The notes beneath the pieces are model-generated. The model worked only from the letters and a program-made list of their open reading frames with translations. It did not search any database and had not been told where the DNA came from. From sequence record LR745206.1: a stretch of 64,000 nt of DNA. One strand, written 5' to 3'. Below, piece by piece: positions 1-8,715 of this stretch (position 1 is the stretch's first letter; every line of letters begins with the position of its first letter). The position numbers were made by a program, and so were the translations under genes.

Positions 1-11
1 ATATAAGAGAT

Positions 12-338
12 ATGTTGTACTATGTGACTGATGAATTTCCAAACCTCACATTCTCAGTAGAAGATTCATTACAATCTGGTATTATTGAGCAAGATGATAA
101 ATCATTTATTATAGAGCTTTATGACTCTGAGATTGAATTTCCAATGGATTTACCAGTTTTACATTATGTTGAACCAAAGATACATGATCTTATAAAGGAT
201 ATAGATTCTCAATTAAAGAAGTATGGTTTAGAAGTATTCTATTCAGATTTTGGTCAAAATGACGCTTATTATGAGTTGGTCGTTACCGAAATTGGTAATA
301 AACCAAATCTTAATAGACATAGATATCGAACAGATTAG
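12..338 (+). CDS. hypothetical acidic protein
   Basis: 108-aa ORF, no motif recognised. Confidence 0.6.
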   Translation: MLYYVTDEFPNLTFSVEDSLQSGIIEQDDKSFIIELYDSEIEFPMDLPVLHYVEPKIHDLIKDIDSQLKKYGLEVFYSDFGQNDAYYELVVTEIGNKPNLNRHRYRTD

Positions 339-374
339 TGATGTATGGAGACATGAAATGTTACTATATACTTT

Positions 375-1100
375 ATGTATAATATAGTAGCAGTTGACCC
401 AAGTTTAATATCCACAGGATTGGTAGTATCTAATAAAGATTCATTTAAAATGTTTAATTATTGTAGAGAATCATCTGTGTCCGGTAAAAAAGGTATGAAA
501 AAATGGTTCAAAATGGCTGAACAATTTATTGAATATAAATTCATTGAATATAGAGAATTTGAAGATTATTCAGAAGGTGAGTTAACTAAATTAAAAGATT
601 ATGATAGAATAACTGATGGTATAGTATCTGATATATTGGATAATATAGATCCATCAAAACCTACAAAAATAGGAATTGAGGGGTATTCTTTCTCAAGCAC
701 TGCGGGTGATATTATCGATTTGGTTACGTTTTCAACACTCCTAAGAAAGAAACTATTTGATAGGGTATCAGAAGACATATTTGTACTTTCACCCTCTACA
801 TTGAAGTTAGAATCGTGTAAATTAACCTATAAACCTATTGAGAAAATAATCGGTGGTAAGAATCCAAGAACAGAATACATCTATAAAAATGATATTGGTA
901 TATCTGGTGGTAATTTTAAGAAGCCAGAGATGTTAAGATCTATTATTGATAATAAGGATTTTAATGATTATTGGGCTACTCATTGTAAATTATCAAAAGT
1001 AGATCTATTATCTATATCTACTATACCTAAACCTTATGAGGATTGTAATGATGCTTATTTAATATACAAAGTATTAGAAAAACAAAATCCAACTAAATAG
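375..1100 (+). CDS. RuvC-like Holliday junction resolvase (RNase H fold)
   Basis: N-terminal IVAVDPSLISTG, central IGIEGYSF, C-terminal EDCNDAY give the D-E-D catalytic spacing of RuvC-like nucleases. Confidence 0.7.
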   Translation: MYNIVAVDPSLISTGLVVSNKDSFKMFNYCRESSVSGKKGMKKWFKMAEQFIEYKFIEYREFEDYSEGELTKLKDYDRITDGIVSDILDNIDPSKPTKIGIEGYSFSSTAGDIIDLVTFSTLLRKKLFDRVSEDIFVLSPSTLKLESCKLTYKPIEKIIGGKNPRTEYIYKNDIGISGGNFKKPEMLRSIIDNKDFNDYWATHCKLSKVDLLSISTIPKPYEDCNDAYLIYKVLEKQNPTK

Positions 1101-1110
1101 TTGGATTTTT
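1084..1110. terminator. bidirectional intrinsic terminator
   Basis: AAAATCCAACTA-AA-TAGTTGGATTTT hairpin with A/T tracts between convergent genes. Confidence 0.75.
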
Positions 1111-1112
1111 TA

Positions 1113-3038
1113 TTATTTTGTTTCTATTTCATTTTCTAGATATCTTATAACTACAGCTTTTTTCTCATCATTTATTTTTCTTGAATGACTTATCCAAACT
1201 ATGGCTTCTTTCCAATCACTATCTTTGAAGTCTTTAGAATATCCTTCTTCTTTCAAGAAAGAAAGTATATCTAATCTAGCGTATTCTGCTGACCATTTAA
1301 TTATCATGTTTCTACCTCTTTCGTCAGTTAATTTACCACCATATTTTAGAAGTAATTTAAATGCTCCGATATAGCTTTCACCGATCTCATCTCTACTTGA
1401 CCAACTACCTTTACAAACCCTTCTAAACGGTAAGAAATTGTTGAAGTTTGGATCAAGACCAGCTTTTAAACAGTATTCTAAAGCATCCATATCATGTAAT
1501 ATGTTATTAAATACATCACCAGTTATATCAGACCCATTACTAACAAGTAACTTAATCATCTCTAAGTTTTTAGCTTTTGATATAGGCGCGTCAGCTCCTT
1601 TTTTTAGATTTGGAGATGCCCCTAATTGTAGAATTGTTTTAACTTTCTCATAATCATCTTCTTCAACAGCATTTGTTAAACAAACACCACTATTTTTATT
1701 GATGTTAGCTCCATCTTCTTTTACATATCTAATTATCTCAGCAATTGTTAACCCTTTTCTAACAATTTCTCTTTCAGCTATCTTAGCTCTTTCCCTTCTC
1801 TCAATTTCTTCTCTAGTCATTGGTTTTAATTGAGCCCAAAGATCTTCTTTTATACCATATTCTCTTTGCCAATTACTCAATGTTCTTTGTATTGAACTAG
1901 AAACACCAGCATCATTCTTAGCATGTGCTGCCTTTATCCTTTGACCAGGTTCTATTGTTATACCAATAACTGACATATTATCATATTGTGGTATATTGAA
2001 GTTATAAATGTAATATTGTTTATTATTATGATTTGATACATAGTTTTCCCATTGACTATTATAATCTTTAATACAGTGTCTTGTATGTCCATTTAACATT
2101 TGGTTAGCTGGAAATGATTTAACTTCTATAATTAATACCCCATTTTCATCAAATACTATATCAGCACCAGCATATCCAAATTTTTCATTACAGTTATTTA
2201 TCTTATCATAAAATGCTAATATATCAGAGTTCTCTGATGCTTTTAAGAAGTTTTGTGCTGCTCTAATAAATTCACCAATAGTTGTATAACGTCTTAATTG
2301 ACCAACATATCTTTTTACACCCTCGATAGTTCTAACCTCACCAAAAAAAGATTTCCATAAACCATCTCTCTTTTCCTCATCAATTGTACCATCTTCTTTT
2401 TTACCCATCTCATTAAAGGCTCTAGCAACCTCAGCAAATTGTTCTTTAATACCTTCTGCTGCTCCACTATAATCTCTTTTCAGTTCACTTGTTAATTTAT
2501 CAACAATCTTTTTAACCTTTCTATAATCTTCTAACTTATCAAGACCATCTACTAAAACCTCGGAATTATTTGTGATATTTGGATCAATGAAATGTAAGTC
2601 AAATTTCTTAGGTAAGTGATTTAATAAATCTCTATATTCTACCATATTATTATACATGGATTGTATCTCTTCAATAGTTGTCATTTCAACGTAATACATA
2701 TAAGTGAAATTATACAACCAACCAATATTATCTTTAAGTATTTCTCTTATTTTTAGAAATTCTGGATCTCTTTCGATTTGATGAATTATCTCAGGTGATA
2801 TTTTCATACCCCTGATCATACCTTTTATTTCTTTTACTTGATCTTCGTTAAAATCATTAATAGTTATTGATCTTTTTTCACCATGTTCTAATTGAGCCGC
2901 CAACTCACCTTTGATAAATCCAAGTTCTTCTGCAGCTTTTCTTAATAGGTATCTTTCCTTTAGAAACTTTTTTGATTTATCTAAGTTTTCGTTTAATGGT
3001 TTAATTCCCAAAAAGTGATTATACTTATGTAACTTCAT
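1113..3038 (-). CDS. ankyrin-repeat protein with capsid-targeting-like N-terminus
   Basis: C-terminal repeats GANIN..CLTNAVEEDDYEKVKTILQLGASPN, LEMIKLLVSNGSDI, LEYCLKAGLDPN, FKLLLKYGG; N-terminus MKLHKYNHFLGIKPLNE. Confidence 0.75.
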   Translation of the reverse strand: MKLHKYNHFLGIKPLNENLDKSKKFLKERYLLRKAAEELGFIKGELAAQLEHGEKRSITINDFNEDQVKEIKGMIRGMKISPEIIHQIERDPEFLKIREILKDNIGWLYNFTYMYYVEMTTIEEIQSMYNNMVEYRDLLNHLPKKFDLHFIDPNITNNSEVLVDGLDKLEDYRKVKKIVDKLTSELKRDYSGAAEGIKEQFAEVARAFNEMGKKEDGTIDEEKRDGLWKSFFGEVRTIEGVKRYVGQLRRYTTIGEFIRAAQNFLKASENSDILAFYDKINNCNEKFGYAGADIVFDENGVLIIEVKSFPANQMLNGHTRHCIKDYNSQWENYVSNHNNKQYYIYNFNIPQYDNMSVIGITIEPGQRIKAAHAKNDAGVSSSIQRTLSNWQREYGIKEDLWAQLKPMTREEIERRERAKIAEREIVRKGLTIAEIIRYVKEDGANINKNSGVCLTNAVEEDDYEKVKTILQLGASPNLKKGADAPISKAKNLEMIKLLVSNGSDITGDVFNNILHDMDALEYCLKAGLDPNFNNFLPFRRVCKGSWSSRDEIGESYIGAFKLLLKYGGKLTDERGRNMIIKWSAEYARLDILSFLKEEGYSKDFKDSDWKEAIVWISHSRKINDEKKAVVIRYLENEIETK

Positions 3039-3043
3039 ATAAA

Positions 3044-4558
3044 TTATTTTTCTTTTCTTCCGTGGAATCTATGATTCTCGTTTATTCTTTCTATTTCTTT
3101 AAGGTAAATCTCTTTACCCTCTCCTAAAAATTCACTTAATTCTTTAACCTTGTCGAAATCACCTGCATCAAGTGCATCATCGATTAGACTTTGAATCTCT
3201 CTCTTTGATAATTGAGAATAATCTGATTCTCTTTCCATTGACTTTTGTCTCATTTCATCCTCGAATGAAAGTTCTTTTTCTTTCCCTGGTTCAACTGTAT
3301 CTCCTGATTCATCATCATTATATTCCTCTTCTGGCTCATTATAGTCAGAATTTGGTAAAGCTTCACCCAATTCATACTCATCTAGTGACTTTATTAACCC
3401 TTCAACCATCTCATTAACTTTTGTTCTAGCCTCTGGTGTTTCTAATAATATTTTCTTAACCAATGGTAAAAATTCATCTACTGGTAAAGCATGTAGCATA
3501 CCATAGAAATGCTCTCTTAGATTTGGGTATTTATCTATATCAGGAGCTTCATTAACGAAATCTCTTATATCTGCTGCTAGTTCAGGTCCATATCTAAATT
3601 CTTCTGCCTCATCATCCATTGATGATGTGTTCATCATTACCAACTCAGCAGTTCTTTTATCTTCTGGTATACCTGCCGCTGCTATTAATTCATAAATACC
3701 TTTTACTGTTTCGTGTAATAACATTGGAAAGTCAACACCTCTAGCTTTAATTATTGGATTTCCTGATGATAATAATTCTTGTATATCTTCATCTTCATTA
3801 TCTATATCAGCATCTTCATCTTCAAGTCCTTTTAGAACTTTGTCTGATAAATCCTCTTCTTCTTTAGCATCTGGCCATTTAACTGAACATGCTCCAGCCA
3901 TTCCTTCTGGTGCTTGCTCCATCATATCACCTTTAACATCAACTGGTATTAACCAATCCATTTTATCAGCTAATTCTGTCAACCTCATCCATATTCTATG
4001 TGCTTCTTCACCTTCTCTCTCACCAAGAATAGCTTTTAATTCATTCTTAACCTCAGGCATTGCTAATATCCTTTTTGTATTCTTAGCTTCTCCTTGTGTT
4101 ATATTGTTAATTATCTTTCTCTTATCAACTTCTTTTTTAATCTCTGGATCATTTAATAATTGGAAAGAAGGTGGTTCACAATCTTCACATTCTTCATCCA
4201 TAAAGTCTTTGACTGCTCCTGGTCTAACTATTTTAATATCCAAATCTACATTATCTAATATAGATCCATATTCTTGCATTATTATTCTTTCTGCTAATTC
4301 TTCTAAAGCATCTTCATTTCCTCTTACGAATTGCATAGATTGTTGCATTATCTCCATCATTTCCCTACCAACTTGCATAGTCTGTTGTGGACGACCTCTT
4401 CTAGGATCTTCTTCTCTTGGTACATTAAGTCTTTGTCTAGCTCTACGCTCAACATCACTTAGATATTTCTTCTCATCTCTATCAGAACCTTCACCAGGTA
4501 TACCTGAGCTACCTTTAAGAGATACTTCTTCATTCATAAAATCTTTGAAATTCTTCAT
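3044..4558 (-). CDS. acidic hypothetical protein, putative head-packaged
   Basis: 504-aa ORF starting MKNFKDFMNEE; LLHETVKGIYEL segment. Confidence 0.65.
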   Translation of the reverse strand: MKNFKDFMNEEVSLKGSSGIPGEGSDRDEKKYLSDVERRARQRLNVPREEDPRRGRPQQTMQVGREMMEIMQQSMQFVRGNEDALEELAERIIMQEYGSILDNVDLDIKIVRPGAVKDFMDEECEDCEPPSFQLLNDPEIKKEVDKRKIINNITQGEAKNTKRILAMPEVKNELKAILGEREGEEAHRIWMRLTELADKMDWLIPVDVKGDMMEQAPEGMAGACSVKWPDAKEEEDLSDKVLKGLEDEDADIDNEDEDIQELLSSGNPIIKARGVDFPMLLHETVKGIYELIAAAGIPEDKRTAELVMMNTSSMDDEAEEFRYGPELAADIRDFVNEAPDIDKYPNLREHFYGMLHALPVDEFLPLVKKILLETPEARTKVNEMVEGLIKSLDEYELGEALPNSDYNEPEEEYNDDESGDTVEPGKEKELSFEDEMRQKSMERESDYSQLSKREIQSLIDDALDAGDFDKVKELSEFLGEGKEIYLKEIERINENHRFHGRKEK

Positions 4559-4812
4559 TATTTATTGACATATTTTTTTATGTCTTCACCCTTATCATTA
4601 AGGAGACTTATGAATCTATCAACAACATCCTCAACGGTTGCCTTTGGTGCTGGATTTACTGATGGTTTATCTCTTCTTATTGGTGAAGGTCTACCAGGTC
4701 TTGTTCCTGGTTTCACACCAGGTGTTGTAGTAGGAGCTGGTTTAGTTTCAACTTCTTGACCACCCATCACAAATTCCTCATTGAATTTTTCAAACTTTTT
4801 TAGAAATCTCAT
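4558..4812 (-). CDS. Pro-rich small protein, putative head-packaged
   Basis: MRFLKKFEKFNEE start; late motif TTAATATATA on minus strand at 4837-4846. Confidence 0.7.
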   Translation of the reverse strand: MRFLKKFEKFNEEFVMGGQEVETKPAPTTTPGVKPGTRPGRPSPIRRDKPSVNPAPKATVEDVVDRFISLLNDKGEDIKKYVNK

Positions 4813-4836
4813 AAGATTAGTTATTTTTATATGATT

Positions 4837-4903
4837 TATATATTAAAATTATAATTCTATTTTTGTGATTATCTTAATTTATTACAATTGAATTTAATAT
4901 ATA
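4837..4903. promoter_or_regulatory. divergent pair of putative late promoters
   Basis: TTAATATATA on minus strand (4837-4846) and on plus strand (4894-4903), each just upstream of a start codon. Confidence 0.6.
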
Positions 4904-4908
4904 TCTAA

Positions 4909-5988
4909 ATGAAGTATATTAAACCATATAGTAATTTTTCTATAAATGAAGCGGTTGGTCTAGCTGAGGCTACACTCATCTATTCTGAATTTATACTAGA
5001 TAAAACAAAATTTTACTTTGATAAGTTTCTTAAAATTGGAGATAGAAAGTTCGAACAAAATAAATCTTATGATCTTTCAAAAAGAAATGATATCATTCTT
5101 AATGATTTGTGGGATAAATATCCTGTTTTGAAAATGAATATTACTTTTAATTTTGAAAAGCAAAGTGATGTTGATTTTAATGAAAGATTCCCAAAAACTT
5201 CTAAAATAAAGGGATTCACAACAACAGGAGCTTGCTATAATATAGTTGAGAATAGATCAAGAGATAAATCTTATCTATTACCAAATATAAACAAAAGAAC
5301 AAAGCATACAATTTTTTTAAAATTAGAAGTTGGTGGGATTATACGTGATAGTTTTGATGAAAACGAGGATTTCCTATTAGAAGTTGAGGGCGCTATAATA
5401 CATGAGTTAAATCATGCTTATGAGGGTTATATGAGGTTGATTAAAGGAAGTGGTCAAGTATCAACTGATTTAACATTCGCAACAGATAATAATCGAAGTA
5501 AAGTGAAGAATGAGATATGGAAAGTATGGAGGGATAAAATAGGATACTATCTATATACTAGTGAGAGACATGAGTTAAATGCCATGGCACAAGAAGCATT
5601 TCCTTATGTTAAGAAATATGATCCATCTGAGATGAGGAAAAAATGTCCATCTTGGAGAACCGCAGAAGAAATGTCTAAATTTAATGTTGTTGATTTTAAA
5701 AAAGAAATCACAAAAATGATAAATAAATATTACTCAGGTGTCTATCCAGAATTTATAGTTAGCATACTTAATAGACTAAAGAATGGGTTGGGTAATGAAT
5801 TAGGTGTTAATAGAGAAGAATCGGTTGATATGTTAGAAGATTCCCCTTCTTTGAATGGGCAAGAAATATATAATATGGATATAGATAGGTTTTTGTTATA
5901 TGTTCAAAAAAGGGTTAATAAGGCTGGTGATAATCTTAAAAAGAAAATAAATAGACTATACTCTATAAAAGATAAGGATTTAAAATGA
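4909..5988 (+). CDS. putative zinc metallopeptidase (HExxH), putative head-packaged
   Basis: IIHELNHAYE plus downstream ERHELNA; N-terminus MKYIKPYSNFSINE. Confidence 0.55.
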   Translation: MKYIKPYSNFSINEAVGLAEATLIYSEFILDKTKFYFDKFLKIGDRKFEQNKSYDLSKRNDIILNDLWDKYPVLKMNITFNFEKQSDVDFNERFPKTSKIKGFTTTGACYNIVENRSRDKSYLLPNINKRTKHTIFLKLEVGGIIRDSFDENEDFLLEVEGAIIHELNHAYEGYMRLIKGSGQVSTDLTFATDNNRSKVKNEIWKVWRDKIGYYLYTSERHELNAMAQEAFPYVKKYDPSEMRKKCPSWRTAEEMSKFNVVDFKKEITKMINKYYSGVYPEFIVSILNRLKNGLGNELGVNREESVDMLEDSPSLNGQEIYNMDIDRFLLYVQKRVNKAGDNLKKKINRLYSIKDKDLK

Positions 5989-6383
5989 GAAAATTTACTA
6001 AAATACTTGAAGAAATAGAAAATGGTAAATTCTATAAAGTTAATGCTGAGATAGAATTAATAATACCTGCTGATAATGAAGGTGAGGCTGGTTATTTATC
6101 TGACTCGATACTATCATCACTAGAGAATGGATCAAATTATCAAATTATCAATATTGATGAAACTGATGAAAGAATAACTGAGCACATGGAACTTTATAAA
6201 GGTAAACAAGGTCCTTTTCAAGAAGATAAAAAAACTCCAGAAGAAACTATTGAATTAACTTGGGAGGCTGAGTTCGGTGATAGTTTGCCTACTATGGATC
6301 AGAGAATGGAATTCTATCATGATATGAGAAAGGCTGGATATGATAGTCAATTGGTATTCAAAACCCTAAAAGGTAAATTTTGA
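5985..6383 (+). CDS. hypothetical protein, putative head-packaged
   Basis: MRKFTKILEE start; ATGA overlap with upstream stop. Confidence 0.65.
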   Translation: MRKFTKILEEIENGKFYKVNAEIELIIPADNEGEAGYLSDSILSSLENGSNYQIINIDETDERITEHMELYKGKQGPFQEDKKTPEETIELTWEAEFGDSLPTMDQRMEFYHDMRKAGYDSQLVFKTLKGKF

Positions 6384-6420
6384 TATTAATATATAATTAA
6401 GACAAAAACAAATTAAATAA

Positions 6421-6996
6421 ATGAAGAAGTTTTCAGATTTTGGTGGTAAAAAACCAGTTAAAAGAATAAATGAGGCTGATGAAACAGTAGATTTTCAACC
6501 TGTTTCGGGTCAAGATGGTGCTCCTGTTGTAGCTAACCTACCAGGAAATATACAAATGCCTGGTGAGGAACAAGAAGAAAAGGAACAAGAAGGAGAAATT
6601 GCTGGTACTGTTGAATCTACTGAATGTTCAAATTTCTTTTCTAAATTATTCGAAAGTAGAGAGATGGCTCATGTTTATCACTTACAAGTTAGGGGTGATG
6701 AAGGTTCTTATGCAAAACATATGGCTCTTGGTGGTTATTATGAAGGGGTTCTAGATTTTATTGATGAGATAATAGAAGTTTATCAAGGACAATATGGTAT
6801 CATTGATGGTTATGATATAATCGATACGAAAGATACTAAAACAAAAGATCCAGTTGCTTATTTTGAGGAGATGGCTGAATATATTAAAAATGCTAGAAAA
6901 TGTATTAATGAAGAAGATACACATTTACATAACATAGTTGATGAGATAGTAGCTCTTATTTATAAGACACTTTATAAATTAAAATTTAACAAATAA
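6421..6996 (+). CDS. ferritin/Dps-like four-helix protein (DUF5856-like)
   Basis: AHVYHLQ..SYAKHMALGGYYEGVLDFIDEIIEVYQGQYG pattern; late motif at 6386-6395. Confidence 0.6.
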   Translation: MKKFSDFGGKKPVKRINEADETVDFQPVSGQDGAPVVANLPGNIQMPGEEQEEKEQEGEIAGTVESTECSNFFSKLFESREMAHVYHLQVRGDEGSYAKHMALGGYYEGVLDFIDEIIEVYQGQYGIIDGYDIIDTKDTKTKDPVAYFEEMAEYIKNARKCINEEDTHLHNIVDEIVALIYKTLYKLKFNK

Positions 6997-6999
6997 TAA

Positions 7000-7026
7000 A
7001 AAACCCAACTTAATCAGTTGGGTTTT
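7000..7026. terminator. bidirectional intrinsic terminator
   Basis: AAAACCCAACT-TAATC-AGTTGGGTTTT between convergent genes. Confidence 0.75.
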
Positions 7027-7237
7027 CAATTTTAAATATATTTTCGATTTTTCGTTTCCTTATTAGATTTGTAGTTCTAACAAATCCATAATAACTATTA
7101 TTAACCATTTTTGTTGCATATCTACTCTTCATTGATAATGAATTGAAGCTACTTGATAATGTTGAAATACTTTCACTAACAACATAGGGCATCCAAACTA
7201 GACCAGCTTCCAATTTATTTGATTTCTTTCCCAACAT
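7010..7237 (-). CDS. small protein: major capsid C-terminal-like fragment plus RxxKIxxIF tag
   Basis: GKKSNKLEAGLVWMPYV..MKSRYA resembles gp23-family GYKGPNEMDAGIYYAPYV..FKTRYG; ends IRKRKIENIF. Confidence 0.7.
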   Translation of the reverse strand: MLGKKSNKLEAGLVWMPYVVSESISTLSSSFNSLSMKSRYATKMVNNSYYGFVRTTNLIRKRKIENIFKIENPTD

Positions 7238-7367
7238 TGAATATTTTTTCTATTTTTTCTTTCCTTATAAGTGGTCTGAACCAAAAATTTGGCATCCATA
7301 CGTCCCTACCATAGTTATTATTGGATGGTCCGAAAACTTTAATATTTGGATCTGGAGCTACAAACAT
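7215..7367 (-). CDS. 50-aa tagged micro-protein not in ORF track
   Basis: hand translation MFVAPDPNIKVFGPSNNNYGRDVWMPNFWFRPLIRKEKIEKIFNVGKEIK; fills the gap between co-oriented genes. Confidence 0.65.
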   Translation of the reverse strand: MFVAPDPNIKVFGPSNNNYGRDVWMPNFWFRPLIRKEKIEKIFNVGKEIK

Positions 7368-7388
7368 AACATTTATATAATATTTTTA

Positions 7389-7706
7389 TTATTTGTTTTC
7401 AGTGTATAAGTATTTTCTACCTTCATCATTATAATCCATTAAGTTATTTATGATAGTATCCGCTTTATCAATAGTATCATCTAAATTTTTCTTTATAACT
7501 TGTAAAGCAGCGATAGAATCATCTATTTGATCATTACCTTTTTTTGAATTATTCTTATAGTTATTTAATTCATTTATATATGATTCAGCCATCTTACTTT
7601 TATCTTCTATTGTGGAAGAGAAATCTCTTAGATCTTCAATTATTTCACCAACTCTTTCAGTAGAAATATTATTCTCATCATTTTCATATAGTCTTTTAAT
7701 TTTCAT
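7389..7706 (-). CDS. coiled-coil small protein, putative head-packaged
   Basis: MKIKRLYE start; heptad-rich. Confidence 0.65.
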   Translation of the reverse strand: MKIKRLYENDENNISTERVGEIIEDLRDFSSTIEDKSKMAESYINELNNYKNNSKKGNDQIDDSIAALQVIKKNLDDTIDKADTIINNLMDYNDEGRKYLYTENK

Positions 7707-7727
7707 ATGGATATGTAATTTTTATAT

Positions 7728-7743
7728 TTAATATATATATTAA
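7728..7743. promoter_or_regulatory. palindromic bidirectional late promoter
   Basis: perfect 16-bp palindrome TTAATATATATATTAA holding TTAATATATA on both strands between divergent starts 7706 and 7747. Confidence 0.6.
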
Positions 7744-7746
7744 GTT

Positions 7747-8424
7747 ATGAAAAGGAAGAATAAGCTAATTTTAGAATTCACGGAATTTAATCTACAAAGG
7801 TTTAATAGTGATTCAGTTGTTCCAGCAGCACCAAATGTTAATAATCCATCTTTATCAACAGATGGTATTAATAGACATGAAGATGGTATTAGACAAGCGA
7901 TGTCTAGAATTAATGATATTCTTTATAATTTAAAGGGTACAAATTCATATTCTCAATTGAGAAGTAAGTTAGCCCTAGAGGACCAGGATATACAAAGTCT
8001 TAAAATACTAAGAATGGTTAAATCAAATGTTAGTTATGATGTTTATTTAACATTAGTGGTTGATGGTGAGACATATTGGGGTAAAATTATTAACATAACT
8101 GGTATGGATCCTAAATTCGAATCAGAAATGTTTAAGGATTTTGATCTATATCAACCAAAAGAATGGGTTATTAAAATGAAAGGTCTTGTTATTAAGACTA
8201 TTAAGGCTTGGTTAAAACCTAAACCAGGTAATTATCAGTTATTGAATGATGAAGTTATATGTTATTCTGTTGATACTGGTAAACAATTAAGAATGGAAAA
8301 AGGTATTGAAGTTGAATTAATACGTTCTCATGATGATAAAATAATTGTTAAACATGAAGGTGAATATTATAATTTAGTTGGTGATAACTTTGTCTATTTC
8401 AATTGGTGGTTTGAATTAGTTTAA
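7747..8424 (+). CDS. hypothetical protein
   Basis: 225-aa ORF; N-terminus LILEFTEF resembles the targeting motif. Confidence 0.65.
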   Translation: MKRKNKLILEFTEFNLQRFNSDSVVPAAPNVNNPSLSTDGINRHEDGIRQAMSRINDILYNLKGTNSYSQLRSKLALEDQDIQSLKILRMVKSNVSYDVYLTLVVDGETYWGKIINITGMDPKFESEMFKDFDLYQPKEWVIKMKGLVIKTIKAWLKPKPGNYQLLNDEVICYSVDTGKQLRMEKGIEVELIRSHDDKIIVKHEGEYYNLVGDNFVYFNWWFELV

Positions 8425-8699
8425 ATATCCTTTATACACTTACCTATCAATTCACTTTTTTCTTCTAAAGTTATAATAATAGGGCTTATTTTATCAATAT
8501 CTAATAATTTACTATTTAAAGATACTTTTATTTCTGAATCAGTAGATGTGTTGTTTATATTAATATCATCAATCGTATATTGATTACCTGATTCATCTTC
8601 TACTATTATAGTTGTTTTAGAAAAAATATCATCCTCAAATATAAAATTCATCATCAGTATTTTACAATTGTCTATTTGTGATTTAGTAAATTTTGCCAT
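8421..8699 (-). CDS. hypothetical protein
   Basis: likely start MAKFTKSQ at 8699; the longer ORF overlaps the upstream gene. Confidence 0.55.
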   Translation of the reverse strand: MAKFTKSQIDNCKILMMNFIFEDDIFSKTTIIVEDESGNQYTIDDININNTSTDSEIKVSLNSKLLDIDKISPIIITLEEKSELIGKCIKDI

Positions 8700-8715
8700 A
8701 GTTAATAATAATTTT

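Noticed and set aside
7010-7237. KMVNNSYYG read as PolB motif B
   Set aside because: The flanking AGLVWMPYV and KSRYA fit a capsid C-terminus better. The coincidence also shows that NSxYG can arise by chance, which tempers the 17897 call.
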